DNA from: Podarcis liolepis
Taxonomy: Eukaryota
Length of the DNA: 64,000 nucleotides
NCBI GenBank assembly: GCA_965112155.1
Contig: OZ218098.1
Strand: one strand, 5' to 3'
A program made the position numbers and the translations under genes. The notes under the pieces are model-generated. The model did no database searches. It worked only from the letters and a program-made list of their open reading frames with translations, and was not told the DNA's origin. Below are positions 27,801 through 43,192 of the stretch, piece by piece. Position 1 is the first letter of the stretch. Every line of letters starts with the position of its first letter.

Positions 27801-28066
27801 CAAACTCTACATGATTCCCCCCCCCAAAAAAAAGGATTTATCCTTCTGGGTTATTGCGGCCCAGCATCAATATCTTAATCACCTACCTTTTTAGTTAATT
27901 AGGCCAGAAGTTATCGCTTCTGTACCTGTAATGCTTTACAAAATCCAAAATTCGTTTTACTTTAGAGGAGGATTAATAGTGTTACGTGCTGCTCAGTCTT
28001 TCATTTTATAGAAGCTGTATCCAAGTGGGTACGTAAGATTGTATAATACACTGTTGCAAAGGGTAC

Positions 28067-28498
28067 TGTAATGTGTATGGGTTGCTCATGCGTAAGTTGC
28101 CGCCTCTCCAGGCTTTGTTGCCTTGCTAAACCTTTCAGTCTGGGTAGCCCTTCACTTTGTGGCTGCCTCAGTCGCTAGCAGAATCCGTCAGTGGGCGTTT
28201 CTTAAATCTTTTCCAACATAAAAGTTGTTTGACACCCAGTCTCCTCCTACTCTCTCTGCGCGGAAGTCTTCTGTGCAGGGTGCGCGTGGGTAGCGGAGGA
28301 CCTGTGCTCTCCCCGCTGGTGTCCGGTGAAGAGTCCTGGAGCCCTCTCGCCGATTCCCCCATCAGCCCCTCTATATCCCTGGTGTTGCGCTGATTTGCTT
28401 CCCCATCTGCGGAGCTGCCTCTCTCCCTGCTGGGCCCTTCTCCAGCATCATTTGAGAGCCTTCCCTCCGCCTCTAGCTCCAATGTCAGTTCCCTGGCA
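28067..28498 (-). mobile_element. Solo LTR (432 bp), probably Gypsy
   Basis: TG...CA termini, near-perfect 5-bp TSD GGTAC/GGTGC, GC/CpG-rich island in AT-rich DNA, open frame 28497-28168. Confidence 0.8.
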
Positions 28499-30850
28499 GG
28501 TGCTTTTAAAAGAACCTTCCTCAGGCCACACAGGTTTATGTATGCTTAGAGAAGGAACATGCATATGCTGGCAGCCAGGTGCAGGGCACTGGGTACTTCA
28601 TCCTGATTAGGAATTAAAGCATATTAATCATAGAACCATCCAAAGTAAAGGAGCATCTGGTTCAAGGCTTTTATTTATTTATTTAAAAGAAATTCAATAA
28701 AGGGCACACAAAGGCAGTCTAAATTATCGTTGTGGCAACAGGATGCAGTGGACAAAATATTTCTTCCCTGACAAAATTAGAAGAAGATGAAGAAGAAGAA
28801 GAAGATCATTATGCCAGTCCTTAAGTCAGCAAGCTGCATAAAGATGATGGTGCCTTTCTGCAATCCAAAAAGTCCTAATACTCTGCATGAGACTAATAAT
28901 TCTAAGTGGATCTAATTAGAAACCTAGTTCTGCATCATCATCTTTATTTTTTTAAAAGAAATGGTGTACAGATCGCTCTGTTCTCTGTTGCTTGGAATAT
29001 AATCAAGATTCTGAAAGTCATTTGAATGTACCTTTGCAAATACCCCTTTCACGGGCAACAGTGCAAAGGCAGAGGGTGCAGTGCTAGCCTGTTTTACTCA
29101 CTTTTGCTCCCTATATAAAAGGTAATGGGAAGACATGCCCTGGGTCTGCCCCTTTCCATAGAAACATGATCTGACACTGCTAGGAGAAATGCAATTCTGT
29201 TTGTGATACTTGAGTGACCCCTATAGGATACTTCTCAAATTATTGCTTGAACTCAACAGTGCAAAAAGACTGACAAGTTTACACCACGGAAGATTGGATT
29301 GTTACACCCCAAACAAATAGAGGATTGCAGAGGATATGTTTGAGAATCCTCCACTTCTATCCTGCTTCCCCAGGGGATAGTCAATATGTATGCTTTGTTT
29401 CTCGCAGTGGGAATTTTAAAAGCATGCATAATAATGGTGAGGAGGATGATTTTTTTTAGGTGAAGGTTGTAATCTCATGCAAAGGAATGAGCCTTGAACT
29501 CATCGCAGTTTACATCTGATTAAACAGGCAAAGGACAGGACAGTATTATTATTATTATTTTAGCCTATTATAATTTTTTCATTGAATAATAATATTTTTC
29601 AAAATGCAAACAAAAATCAAGTTCAGTCTTTTTCTACACGTGCATATTTCCCAGTTTATAAAAGTTTAAGGTAAGTTATGCAAATATCCTCAGGCCTATG
29701 CAAATGCGTGCAAACTCTTCCACAGCAAGCTTCTGTTGTTTTCACCTTTTCCTCCACAACCTGCTTGTAGCTTCTGCACATATGCTTCCCCGCTCCAAAT
29801 ATCTAATGATCAGACTGTTTCAATATTTAATTTCTACATATTGACATTTTCTCACAAAACTCAGGTGCACCTATTCACCTTCCGATATGTTTTATGCCGT
29901 GTGCTGATAAGAAGAGGCTGGAAGAATCTTGAGACAGGTCCATAAATTGCACAATTGCCAATATACAGGTTAGGTTTGTTTCAGGTACTTTGTTGTTGTT
30001 CACTATTACAACTCTTTTGTGTATCCTTATTCTTAAAATTAAAAGAATAGATCATCAGAGTTATGCATGAAGAGGAGTGGGGCAATGGCAAGAGAAAATG
30101 CACAATAGCGATTCAGCCCATAACAGTTACACAAAGTGTTTCATTACTATTAAGATACTCAATTTTCCCCCCAAGGAAAAGTTGATGGTATGATTTATTT
30201 ATTTATTTATTTATTTTTACACAGCATGCAGGAAAAATAAAGAAATGTTCCATCACCATGCAGCTGCTTTTGGCAAGCAATGACCCCCCATCCCATTCCA
30301 GTTTAATTTTGTGTGTGTGTGTGTTTAATAGCTCTGGAAATCCATGTTTTTAAATTTCATGGAATGGCCGCGCATTTGCAGATATAAATTATTATTATGT
30401 TGCTTCTTCCAGGTTGGGATATGTGTGACTTGTAAATTAAGGAACAGTTTATTTCTATGGTCTATCACACACATTTCGTATTCAACTCTATCACTTTAAC
30501 CCTTTCCTATATTATCATTTCCTGTATATTTTTCTCCATCTTCTGAATTGCAGCAGGAGCAATCACCGCAGGAGTACAGCCAGAGGGAAGGAAGTGTTTA
30601 GCTCTTTCCCAACACAATGGTCCCACTACAAGTTGCTCCACCCTAAAAAAAAAACGACTGGAGCTGGGTAAAGGGTGATTTATGTCCTCCTTCATTACAG
30701 GGTATTAGAAGTTTGGAAGCTAAATTCTTGTTCCACTTCTAGCTTAAAGCAGAAAAACAATGAACTGTAGCTGGTGGTCCACAGCACATCTATGGCACAA
30801 ATGGATTACAAAATTCAGAGGCATGCAACTTTCAATGGGTGGCTGTGTTT

Positions 30851-30921
30851 TGGTTAAGAACAGTTTCGGGTTAAGAACAGACCTCCAGAACGAATTAAGT
30901 ATGTAACCAGAGGTACTACTG
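30851..30921 (-). mobile_element. Inverted end fragment of the same MITE
   Basis: GTTAAGAACAGACCTCCAGAACGAATTAAG...AGGTACTACTG|TA is the reverse complement of the start of the 36021 element. Confidence 0.75.
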
Positions 30922-32605
30922 TACATTTAAATCACTAAGATTCCACTTTAAACTGTCATGGTTCCTCCCACAGAATCCTAGGAACTGTAGTTTTTAATTG
31001 TTGTTAGGAGATCCTTATTCCCCTAACAAGCCTACAATTCCCAGAGTTCTCTGTGAAGAGACAGCGATTGTTAAACATGGAGGGCTCATCCATACTATCT
31101 TTTCCATGCTTCCCAGTCCGTCTCTGAGCACTTCTCCCCGGGGTATCCTAACAACTGTCAGCACCCTTAACAAACCACAGCTCCCAAAATTATTTGGGGG
31201 AAGCCATGACTGTGGTATCAATTTTTTAAATGTGTGGCATGACTGTGGCTTAAGTAATATTTAGGGTGACATGTATCACACATTGTACTCATTTTCTTTC
31301 CCCCCTCAAGCCTTCGTCTGCTACTCTGTTTTAAAAACGAATATTAAAGAAACAAAATGCTTCTGATTTTATGTTAGTGGTACACTATGAGGATAAATGC
31401 TACTCAAATGGCTTCCTTTGTTTTGAGCAAAACATAGTTTGCGGGCATAGAAATTGCAGCTATCCTTGCAAGAAGACCACTGAGTAGCAGGAAGTTTACA
31501 GAAAGGTAGTTATTAAAGGTAGCAGGTAGGGAAGGGCGGAAACCTCAAAATGCACAGGAATATGTTTCAAACCAAGGCATTTCAAATAAGAGTCTTAATA
31601 TAAAACAATGAAATAATGAAAACAAACAAAATAACAGGCACAAAACTTAGCAATTTTCACAAAAGACAGTAAAAAATATAAACCAGGACAACCAAATCAT
31701 GGCATTTTGATCACATTAAAGTACAAAAGAAACACACCTCAAAACCTTCTAAATAATGGATATCAATAGCAGTGCAAAGAAAAAAAACAGACAGATATGG
31801 CCTCAAATAGACAATACTTGAAAAATGCCTTGCTTTTGCTGGAAAAGGAGAGGATAAACTAACCTCTTAGTTCATGAGCTTAGTTCCTCAGCCTCCAGCC
31901 TAGCCTGCATGAGTTTGCTAGATCACTGCCAATAATGTGGTGGGAGAAACCCTGAGGAACCACAGGTGTGGCTCATATCCAGAATCTGTAAGCCTCCAAT
32001 TGCCATCCTAATTATGCCTGCAAGGAAAGGAGATTAACTCTTTAGTTGCACTGAGAGACTTCCAAGTAGCGGAATGAGAATGCAAGAGAATCCAGCTCAT
32101 TTCTGTTTTTCACGGGAGCTGTCATGATGAGCTCCAGAAGGCATCATTACACCACTGAGGTAAACAAGGAAGGAACTCCTTGAGAGAAAGTCGTAGGTTC
32201 TACGATAAGCATATCCTGTTACCTTCCGCTCTCTCCTAGCTTTTCTTCTCCCACCCACTAAGTAGTTGAAGAAGAGAAGATGCACAACTGACACACATTC
32301 ATAGTAAATGGATCTCCATTTCAGACAAATTAGGGTGGCCGGAGAGAAGAGAGGACAGGGTTGCTGCACTTTCAATGGTTGGATAGGAAAAGAAATTTCA
32401 TCAGGTGTCATTTGCAGCCACACCTTATGGACTGCCATTTTCTGCACAACTTCTGTCCTGTCCTTTTTGCAGCTGGACACCTAAGGCTGAAACTACCACT
32501 GTCACCTTTGAAAGATACACCCACACACCTCTCACTATCTTTCATCCAGACAAGAAAGCAGCATTACCAGAGTGCAAGAACAGATTTTAGCCTGGCAAAA
32601 ACACT

Positions 32606-32647
<42 letters not shown>

Positions 32648-34517
32648 AAAGCAGGACTGGGGAAGGGTGTAGCCTGGCAAGAAGGGGTGTGGCTGTGGAG
32701 AGGAGAGTCCTGAGGGATAGACAGGGAGAGTTGTGTGACTTAGAAAGAGCCCCAACAGCCATATGAGGGCTGGGTCTATACTCACTCTTTATTTTTATTT
32801 TTATTTTTATTTTTATTTTTTGCTTTTTATTGAGTTTTAAATTGGTTACTCATATACATATTCCATTCACTCTTTAACATATATTGTACACATATAAAAA
32901 CCAAACAACAATATTTCTACACTCTTTAAATGCATTTGGTTTCTCAGTTCACTTTTCTTTTCACTTATTTCACAGGTAGAACTTTGCAGCATCCTCTGGT
33001 GTCAGATTCTTAATAACGCATTATTTACATTTATCATAACCCTTTATAAACTCATTTTTAGTGTTAAAAACCACAAGTGTAGATGAGTCCCAAGACCATG
33101 GGCCTGAGGTTACCAATCCCCAAGCTTGTTCAAAAACTGTGGGTACTGAATATAGCAGTTCACAGAAGTGGATTTGAGTTATGGACTCAGGAACCTTGAG
33201 GATCTCTGTTGGTGCCTGTATCTATTGCCTCATCCAGTATATCTTATACATAGCCCTGCCTGCTTTTCCCGCACCACAACACTGTTCAGAGGTCAGAATG
33301 AGGCTCCTTCCACCCTATTGGGATTAGCCTCAGTATTCTGTTGTTGCATCAACAGCTTTCCAAGCGAACTTTCACCACACATAAAGCCAAGCTAGCTATC
33401 TGGTGTAGGGGTTGCCTGCTTTTCCCCCTGTCCTCATTTTTCACAAAATGCATTAAAATGCCATTTGTTGCTTTTCACCCATCACAAAGTCCGCTGCATC
33501 TTTCTGGGAAGGACAGATTTGCTGTTTTCCAAGAGGAACCACTAAACTTGTACTTTATAAAGTGAAGCCTATAACTCAATCTTTGCGAGTCAATGCCATT
33601 TCCAGACAAAGTGAGATCAATGAGTACAAGACGAATGATAACCCTCTTCAGTTACAATGAAGTATACAGCTCAGATCCTTTAAATCAAAGACCTAAGTGT
33701 ATAGCGGTGATATCTCTTAAGCTATGTACAGAGCCAACTCCTGAGGTGGGCACATGATTACTTTAAGGGAGATGGCAAGTGAGGGCAGAAAGGAACTGGA
33801 TAATCGATCTTGTCCTTGCACTACAAAAGGTGCTTCTAAATGATAAGGTGGGGAATGAGCAGAATCAATGAAAATTCCCATTGCCTCCATTCTACAGAAA
33901 TACCTTTAGGCAATCAGTCAAAATGCACTTCACACATGTGAGCCTGCAAGCTGAGGTAACATCCCCATCACAGAGAGAGGCTCTGTCAGTTCAAAGTTTG
34001 TCTTGTCTACTCAGAGCTCAACCCACAGGGCTCAGCAGCAGTCATATAAGGGAGATAGATATGCTCCTTGCCCCTGCCCCCCAAGTTTGACATTGTGTAG
34101 TGTGCAAAAGAAAGACAACGTGGAAGTGAACATAACTTTTTCTTCTGCCAGTGCAATTGCCCTCAAGAGACGAAGGAGGAAGGACCTATTTGCAGCCTCT
34201 CAGATGTGATATTTGGCTTTGGAATGAAGGCAACATCTCAATTTTAGTTAATGAAACTATATAGTTTCAGAAACCATCACAACAAAACAGCATATATATT
34301 CATGGAGTGGAGTGCTACTCATGTTTTATCTGAAGAGGGCCTTTCTGTGCTTGCTCAGTGGGGTTTGCTTTCAGGCAAAACTTGCTTGGGATTGCAGCCT
34401 TAAGCAAACATTTCCTTGTTTGTCTGACTGTAGACTAGAGATGGCAAACAGGCAGCCCCTGGCCCAGACTGGATTCATGAAGCTGTTCTTATCATGCCTG
34501 TGTGTGGTTAAAAACAA

Positions 34518-34598
<81 letters not shown>

Positions 34599-35236
34599 TT
34601 CTATACATAATGTTTTGTCTTGGTGTGGCATTGCACATAAGATCCAGCCGATAGCAACTTGGAGGCAATGTGTGATGACGAAAGGCTTGGGATGCAATTT
34701 ACATGCTGCTTACTTTGGAGAAGCTTCATGAGAGAAACAATGAAATCTATGAGGCTTTTTAAGAGTAATCTCATTTACAGTAAATGCTTTGTGCATTGCT
34801 CCTTCAGGGCCTGTTTACACCATTGCCTTTGACTATTAGGGCTTACCCATATGGGCTCTAATAACAGGAACCAGGCACACAGTTTCATTACTTATCTCTG
34901 AAGTTCTGAGGTGCTCTTTTGTCTCCCCACTGCCACCAGGATTGATAGCAACCATTGTGGGCGGTGCAGTCCAACAAATGGCTTACTGGGCTCTGTGGGG
35001 ATATCCCAAAGCAAAAGGCAAATCTCAGTTCCTCTTCTTCAAACACTTTGACATGGTGCAAGACTTAATCCTCTGAACATCACAGTCTGGAGAGAGTGCT
35101 GGGGTGGTATTTAAACAGCCTGTCATCTTTTTGAGTAGTTTATATTGAGGGTCCCATCCCCCGCTCCCAACCAATAATTATTGGGTTTTAAGACACTTTA
35201 AGACACTGGAAGTCCCATTCTGGGAACAGGAGGGTT

Positions 35237-35323
<87 letters not shown>

Positions 35324-36020
35324 TTGCTTTGCAGATAATAGTTAAATAAGTGTTAAGTATAATTGATTTAATTGACACAGAAATGGAAAATGTGTGTGTA
35401 TTGATGAACGTTTAAAATGCAAAAGGCTTATATGTTTATTTCTAACACTGAACATATTTTTATGGGCCTGGACAATGATTTCTTCCGAAAGGAGTCAGTT
35501 CTTATGTTTCCAGTCATTTCAAATGGCACAATATTAATATATGAAATAATAAGTACAATGTGAAAACTCCTGCATGCTGTCCTTCCAATGGAAATGTACT
35601 GGTGTACAGAGCCTTGAACAGCATGGGCCCAGGTTATCTTACAGACTGCCTTAGCCTGCAAGACCTGAGCCAATCCCTGAGCTTTTTGCTGCAGCATGAG
35701 TGGTGCCCCATGGACCAGAAGCATGATTCATGTCATTCAGCAGCCATACCTTCAATGTAGTGTGCCCAACTCTATTGAACTCCCACTCTGTATGCCACCT
35801 TGAGACATATAGTGAAAAGTATAAATATATCAAATAAATAAATAAATAAGAGTTTATTTATTGATTTACATACATGCATAACCTCACATTTCTAATTGTA
35901 GGTTTAAAACAAACAAACAAACAAAAAACATCCCACCTTTGATTTCAGAGTAATGTTAAAACTCTTACAAATTCACTCATGAAAATTGCAAGTTACGGTT
36001 CCTGCCTTTGTTTATATGTA

Positions 36021-36251
36021 CAGTGGTACCTCGGATTAAGAACTTAATTCGTTCTGGAGGTCCGTTCTTAACCTGAAACTCTTCTTAACCTGAGGTACCA
36101 CTTTAGCTAATGGGGCCTCCCGCCGCTGCCACACGATTTCTGTTCTCATCCTGAAGCAAAGTTCTTAACCTGAGGTACTATTTCTGGGTTAGTGGAGTCT
36201 GTAACCTGAAGCGTCTGTAACCTGAAGCGTCTGTAACCCAAGATACCACTG
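36021..36251. mobile_element. Tc1/mariner (pogo/Tigger-like) MITE
   Basis: TIR CAGTGGTACC.../...GATACCACTG, TA on both sides, internal GTAACCTGAAGCG repeats. Confidence 0.88.
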
Positions 36252-39200
36252 TATGTATATCATGTAAACATACAAAACCTGAAAAGTATTGCTTAAAAAT
36301 AAGCTTACTGTAAACCAATACTACTCTTCTCTATCCTACCCTATCTCATCCAAATTATCTAGGCGTGTGATCTTCCTTTAATGCTATTAAAGGCACAGCT
36401 ATATAAACTACCTAGAAAAGTTCAGTTATAGAGGTGCACAGTAATGCCCTTAATAAATATGGGAGAATCCTAGGTATGGGAAGCCAGTGTCACTTACTCT
36501 GGCTTAAATTAAGCTGGCATAAAGTACACCAGATCAGAGTCCAGTCACAAGTGAGGTTACTGCAGGCTGAGTTGACCTAAGCCTAGCAGAGGGAAAACAC
36601 ACCTTTAACAAAAGAGTTTGATTCGCTCTTTTTGTAAATTTTGCTGGTTGCTAGGTCATGTGACAAAGCTGAGTGGATTTAGGATCAGGTACATTCCTCC
36701 TCAGCCTGGTTCTGCTCCCACTCTCCTATAATTCTCATTTTTTAGTGATTACACCATCACAACTTGTGTGTGTGTGTGTGTGTGTGTGTGTATAATCTTC
36801 CTGTTAAAAAATGTACACACATAAATAATAAAACATGACATGACTGACAAAAATGAGTCACTGGGGGGCAGGTTAAAATATTAAACGTATTATTTCACTC
36901 TACGTAATAATGAACAGTAAACCAGTTCAATGAATTATTCAGTAAATCAACTTGGAAAGCACAGAATAATAGGAGTGAGCTAATGAGTAGTGCCTGCTTA
37001 TCTATGCCATGTTGCAAAATATGGTGTAGGTATTTCTCATCCATGTGTTGCTTCATTGGCATATTTCATACACCGGCATAACTTCCTCCAGTTGTAGCTC
37101 AACTGCCTGATCCCTGGCTGACACAAGGTTGGGGACCAACAATGCCATACCTCCAATGCCATGAGCTGAGAACCTGCTGGCTGAGCTCGATATCCCCCAC
37201 ATCCTAACTAACTCTAGCAGATCCAGGGTTAGGATTGTGCCCAACGTAAATAAATAAATAAGGAGAAACTAAAATGGCTGCCTTCTCCTTTCTATTTCAA
37301 CACTGGTTAGGCGCTTTCTTGTGCCTTTTCATAGATTCCCCCAATTCTTCTCTTCTGTAGACACCCCTCTAAATATGTGCTATTCCTGTGCATACGTTCA
37401 TAACTCTGACATTTACTGGCTAGAACATCACAAGGGCACATAAGCGATGTGACTGCAGCCTGGAACTTTTCTCAAAAAAGGTCTTTCCCCAGGCTTTTCC
37501 AAAGGGTTTCTTTATTAATACTTGGCATGAAAAGATCAATATATGTTACTGTAAATCCCAATAGCTTCATCTTCATGCAGATTCACCTCTACTACAATCC
37601 TATAAATTGCTGTTTAGAAGTAAGCTCTGTTGGGCTTGCTACAAGGTAAATGCATATAGGACAATAATCTCTGTGTGTGTGTGTGTGTGTGCGTGCGTGC
37701 GCGCGCGCATACACACACACACACACACACACAAGCATGCTATCAATATGTAAAACGGTTATGAGGATAGCCTCACTTTTGTTGAAGCTTTGAAAAATTA
37801 CCAGCAGACTCCAAGTTCAGATGCTAAATGGGACAGGCTTAAGATGGAAATCAACATGCCAATTTCCCTTCCCCCAGAGTATGAATAATTCTATTCCTTC
37901 ACTAATCAAACCACACAGATAAATTCCAGATTGGAAGAGGATTCGCTTCACATTTCTTCCACATGCTGAATTCCCATTGTCTGCAATCAGGGTTGTTCAC
38001 AAACAACACCAGCTATCCTGTCAGCCTGCCCACAGGCAAAACGCATGGAGAATGAGTACTATTTAACAAAATCCTGGCAGCCCGGTGGACTAAATCAGAT
38101 CCAGGGAAGGGGAAACGCTGGCCTCTCTCCCAATGCTACAGAATGTCAGTGCTGGCAACTTGTTCCATGGTTACATCTCAGCAGGCTTCCAGATTTACTT
38201 TTCAGGCCTAGCCAAGTGTTCACCTTAATACATAGTACCACTGCCGAAGAGATAAGTAACTGTCTCCCACTGCAGAATAAGATGTGCTTTGTCGAACAAC
38301 TGTTCTACATGCTTTGATCCCCCTAGAGAAGCAGCAGCAGTGAACAAATGGAATGGGCACAAGCTTGGGCAGAAGCCCTGGAGAACAACCAAGTTCTGTC
38401 CACCATCAGAAGCATTCCCTTTTAGACGCTGGCATGCCTGCATAACCTCCTTCCTGGAGGACCTTGCAAAAGCATGTCTGTTCCATGACATATTGTCATT
38501 GGGCAACCATTCCCCCCCCCCATTCACCCCAAACTTTGTAGAGAGAAGCTTTTAATTATGGAGCATATGGTCATCTTTGCAGCCTACTGTTGGTGAAAGC
38601 AGCCATACTGGCTTATGCTGAAAATTCTGTGTGGAGGAGGAATGCAGAAGGAGACAGAAGTCTGAATGGCTCCTGTGGACTCAGTTATACAGCTGCAAAT
38701 AAAACGTTTTAGATGTGTTGCAAAGTGCTACATACAAATGTGACACTAGATGACGAAAGTGAGCTATGCCGAATTCAATGTATTTTTCATAACTTTTTTT
38801 AAAAAAAGCATCTTCACAACGTTTTTTATATGTGTATAGATTCCACCTGTGTCTACCATCAGCATCGCTTAAGTAGCACAAAGGTGCTTTCATGTTTATT
38901 TATTCTCTCTCTTTGATTTCTCCCAGGATGTACTTCATGGATGCAGGGGAAATGACAGTCTCTCTCATTTTGATCTGACTGCTATCAGCAGCAGGGAACT
39001 TTCTTTTTAGCTGAGAGGCAGGCTTGACTTTCTCACTGTTCTAATGGTTATATTGCTGCTGGCTTTACAATTGTTTTCTCCCAGCAGTTTAATTAGTTTT
39101 ATATGAGCATTTTGCTGGATTGTGAGATATTATCCACTGCTGTTTTAAACCGCTGTACTTTATCGAAAAGGAATATTGTAGTTTTGTGTTTAACTTTTGT

Positions 39201-41881
39201 GTACTTTTGTCCTGAAAGGCAGCCTAAGAAATTTAGCTGTTCTCCCGCCTTCTTCTACAGCTTGCAGCTATAGACTAGGGGTGCTTTCTTCCAGACCGTC
39301 ACTCTTTTCAGGTGGGATTAAATCACATGCCAGAAAACTCACATCGTGCAAGTATAGTTGACGGTGAGCCCTTGATCAACAAACCTGCTACCTTTAAAAG
39401 AATTGACTTTTTGTGATAAAAGGAGGGGGAAATGCACTGAAAAGTGTGCAATAGCACTTGCACTGCAACATCATCTACCTTCTCCATAACCAAATCAGGG
39501 TGGATGCACATTAAACAGCCAACGTCATCTAATTTCTCTGCAGGTGAATCAAGATGAGAAAAGGTTGTCTGAAAGTGTCCTAGGAAACTGTACTTTGATT
39601 ATCAGTTTCACTACAAGCTAGGGAATATGGTCAGACAGTAGGCCACTAAAGGAAGCCTCTAGACTATCACTGTTTTGCAGGAGGGATCAAATTGCAGCTA
39701 AAGCTCTCTATATGCCTGAGTTGCCAAATTTCCAGGAATTCCCAGACATGTCCTCTTTTGGAGGCCCTACATGCCCATCTGAGGAGAATTTTACATTTTA
39801 AAGAAAATGTCCTAGATTTGGTTTTTTATATTAAAGTGTTGTTGTTTTTTGTGGGGGAGGCTATGGTATGTGTGTGGGTGACCCCAGCTCTGGCATGGGC
39901 AGCTCAGGCTTGATGGTGGTGGTGATGCTATTGGGTGATTGCCCTAAAAAAGCTCAACGACCTTTTGTGTCCAGATTTTTACCTCTTGAAATATGGCAAC
40001 CCTCCATTACCCTAGCACAGCAAATCCACTTAAAAGAACCAGGACTTTTTGCACATAGGAAAGTGATAGGAGATTGCACTGGGAAAGGGAGGAATGAATG
40101 CAAGATTAACAGGAAGATGTAAAAAACATTTCTCAAGCAAATCGTGATGAATGCTCAGTAAACACTGGATGTAGACTAACTTCCACGTAAGCTTTATGTG
40201 AGCGGATCAGCGGGTCGATCAATGAGCAGGTTGTCTAGAGTAGCCCTAAAAGACCATGACATAAGTCATCATCCCAAATTAATCACCTAGTGGTATTAAG
40301 TAAACAAGTTCATTCACTAGGAAGTATCTAGTATCAGCCATATTGTGAGAGTGTGGGATACAGATTAGATAGTTTGGTTTGGCTGATCTAAACATGAAAT
40401 AAGCACTTCATTTTGTAAGAGGCTGAAAGATTGCCATATCCCACTGTCTGCAGCCCTCTCTAGCTCAAAAAGGTTGTAAATAAACTCTCTCAAAAGAGAG
40501 TTTAACTCTATTATTTGTGCATGTTGCTTCTGAAATATACATAATGAGTAACTTGGGAACCAGAATCAGAATCGACAAAATGATGTTTTCCCAAGCTATT
40601 TAATCTCATAGTCTGCATTGGAACCTTCACCAACTCCTCGGGATTGCTTAATGAGTCATGCATAGAGAGAATAATCCTGACACTTTTGGGGGAAATGCAT
40701 ACATAAACCAGTCAGCCACCAACTGAATATAAATACATTTGTGTTCATATAGTTTTGTTTGACTTTGCATCTCTTAGCCTAATTCAGAACATTCACTGTC
40801 AGACACACAGTTCAGGAGCCCTGAAAGCAATCAGGAATGTATCATTTATTTATGGATCCCTTTTCACACACACCTTAACATTTAAACATTAAGGAAAGAA
40901 ATGCCATCTGAGTTTATTTTTGATGTTTCACCCTGTGTAATTAAAAGGATGTTTGTGAACCTTTTTTGAAAATTAGAGTTATGCAAGCTTTTAAGGTTAT
41001 CATTTGCTTCAGACAGAATCTCTGTGATGACAAGGTTGTTTCAACCTGCTGTCTGGCCAGATCTTGTTTTGAGTTTTCTTCATCTTCTTCTTCTTTATGT
41101 GTGAGAAAGCATTTTTGTGGCATTCAAAATTGTTGGCAAGTTCTGGAATTCACACCTGTCTTAGGGCAAAAAGTATAAATTATGCATCCTGAGTTTTTGC
41201 AACATCAACTAACACTGAATGAAGACACACTTCGTTAAGTTATGACTTAATCAGGCAGGGTAGGCCTTTGTGCCCCAGGCTCTGTTTCACCTCTGCAGTT
41301 CACCCAGAGAAAGAAGTACAAGCTATTTTATATAAAAACCCACAAACAAACAGAAGCCAGAATAACTCTTCACTTTCTTGTTTCTATGTTAGCCACGCTG
41401 CCTCCTATCAATCAAGCCTCCTACTTTTCTGAATCACATAACCTGTGGCAAAGAGCCTCAAAGAATGGCCGCAGCTCCTTGCAAAGGAAAATAAAAGATC
41501 AATAATAACCTGAAGCTTTACTTGCTAGCTGTGCATGTGGGGGAGGGAGAAAAAGACTTGTTTTCTCCCCCTATTAGTCATCGTGAAGGTAATTTCCCCC
41601 TTTTTGAGTGTGGACAAGAATGCAAACAATTAAAAAGAAGTTATCAACAAAGTTATTGCCTCACTAGCACTGGAGTTCACAAAGGCTTTCATTAAAAGGG
41701 GAAGAGGTAGACAAGCTATTGGGTACGAGATTATCAGCTGAAGGTAAGGTGCAAAATGAAATGAAATAAATCCAGGTTAATATGAATTAATTTAATACGA
41801 TTAAAATGAAATTTAGATTTTAGAACTACCAGAGACCCACAGCCTGCTTACTTCATATTGGCTATCTGACTAGGGCAGGTA

Positions 41882-41968
<87 letters not shown>

Positions 41969-43051
41969 GAGATTTCATCCTCTCATTCATTCCTGGCATC
42001 ATTGCCCCCATGTTTCCATACCCTTCCCATGTCCTTGATTGTGTTGTCTTTCTAGTCTCATTAGCAATGCGCAGTTGTTCCCATCCCTGGACCCTGGCTA
42101 ACCTCCCCACTTCCAATCTTCTTTTATTTACAGAACTTCCTGTGCTTACCTTGTTGGCTATTCCAGCCCTTTCCCCCATCCTCCACCTCTCAATTCACAA
42201 ACCACGTGGGTGAGGTGAACCCCAAGAGCTGTGGGTTGGTTTTCCACTTGGGGGAGGGAGAAGGAGTTCCCACTTGGAAATTCTTGCCAAAGGAGGCTCA
42301 ACTAGCCCTATTACTCTTGACATTCTTCCAACAGGCTCTCCCCCCCCCTCCAAGACAGACTATAGTGAGTTCAGTACAGATGTTCTGCCAATGCCAGCTG
42401 TCTGGAACTATTCCCACATTGCACTGAAGGAGTGTAGGGGTGGGAAATGGATGCTTCAGGGGCATGTTTCTACCTCGTAAACACCAGAGAATACCAAGGA
42501 AGGAAGACATAAGGAGGAAGGAGTCAACAGAGGAAGACAGCATGGGAAGAAAAGGAGCAGAAAGAAATACCGGAGAGGAATGATTGTAACAATAGTTAGT
42601 AATTAGGAACAAGGAGAGAGATTTCTCTCAAATACAATTTTTCATTTGACTGCTTCTCTCCTGCATCTGAGCTGGTGCCAGATGTATTGCTTTCCTTTCC
42701 TTTGGACCACATCAGTGAGTTATCTGGGCAGCCCTGGACCTCCATACACACTGTCCAGTCTTATGCCCCAGAGAGGTCACTTTGGAGCTGCAAACACAGC
42801 TCCTCTTCCGTCTCATCAACACAGACCTTTATCTCCACTACATCTAGACTTTGGATGAACATATTCTTGTGAACTTGCTGATCATTAGTAGAATGCTTGC
42901 CCTTTGACTGTGTGAGGACATGACCCTCTCAGGAGCTTCAGAATGTGGAACAAGAGAACGTCAAGTGGGGATTTAGCTTGTGCATCCCCACCCAACTCTA
43001 GCAAAAGAAGGAAATTGCAACAAAGACAGGCAGGAAAACAAGGAAGTCACA

Positions 43052-43192
43052 ATTAGTGGGTCGGTGATTCATCACCTAGACATTGTGTCCAGTAAAGCTA
43101 AACTGTATCAGCCAGATGGGGTCCATCTTACAGATGTTGGAAATAACATCTTCCTGTCTTACCTGAAGAGGGGCCTCCAAGAGGTGCTTCTC
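43052..43192 (+). pseudogene. Fragment of a TE-borne SGNH hydrolase/esterase (Ngaro-like or LINE ORF1)
   Basis: VIHHLDIVSSKAKLYQPDGVHLTDVGNNIFLSYLKRGL contains the SGNH block V DxxH motif. The N-terminal catalytic blocks are absent. Confidence 0.65.
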
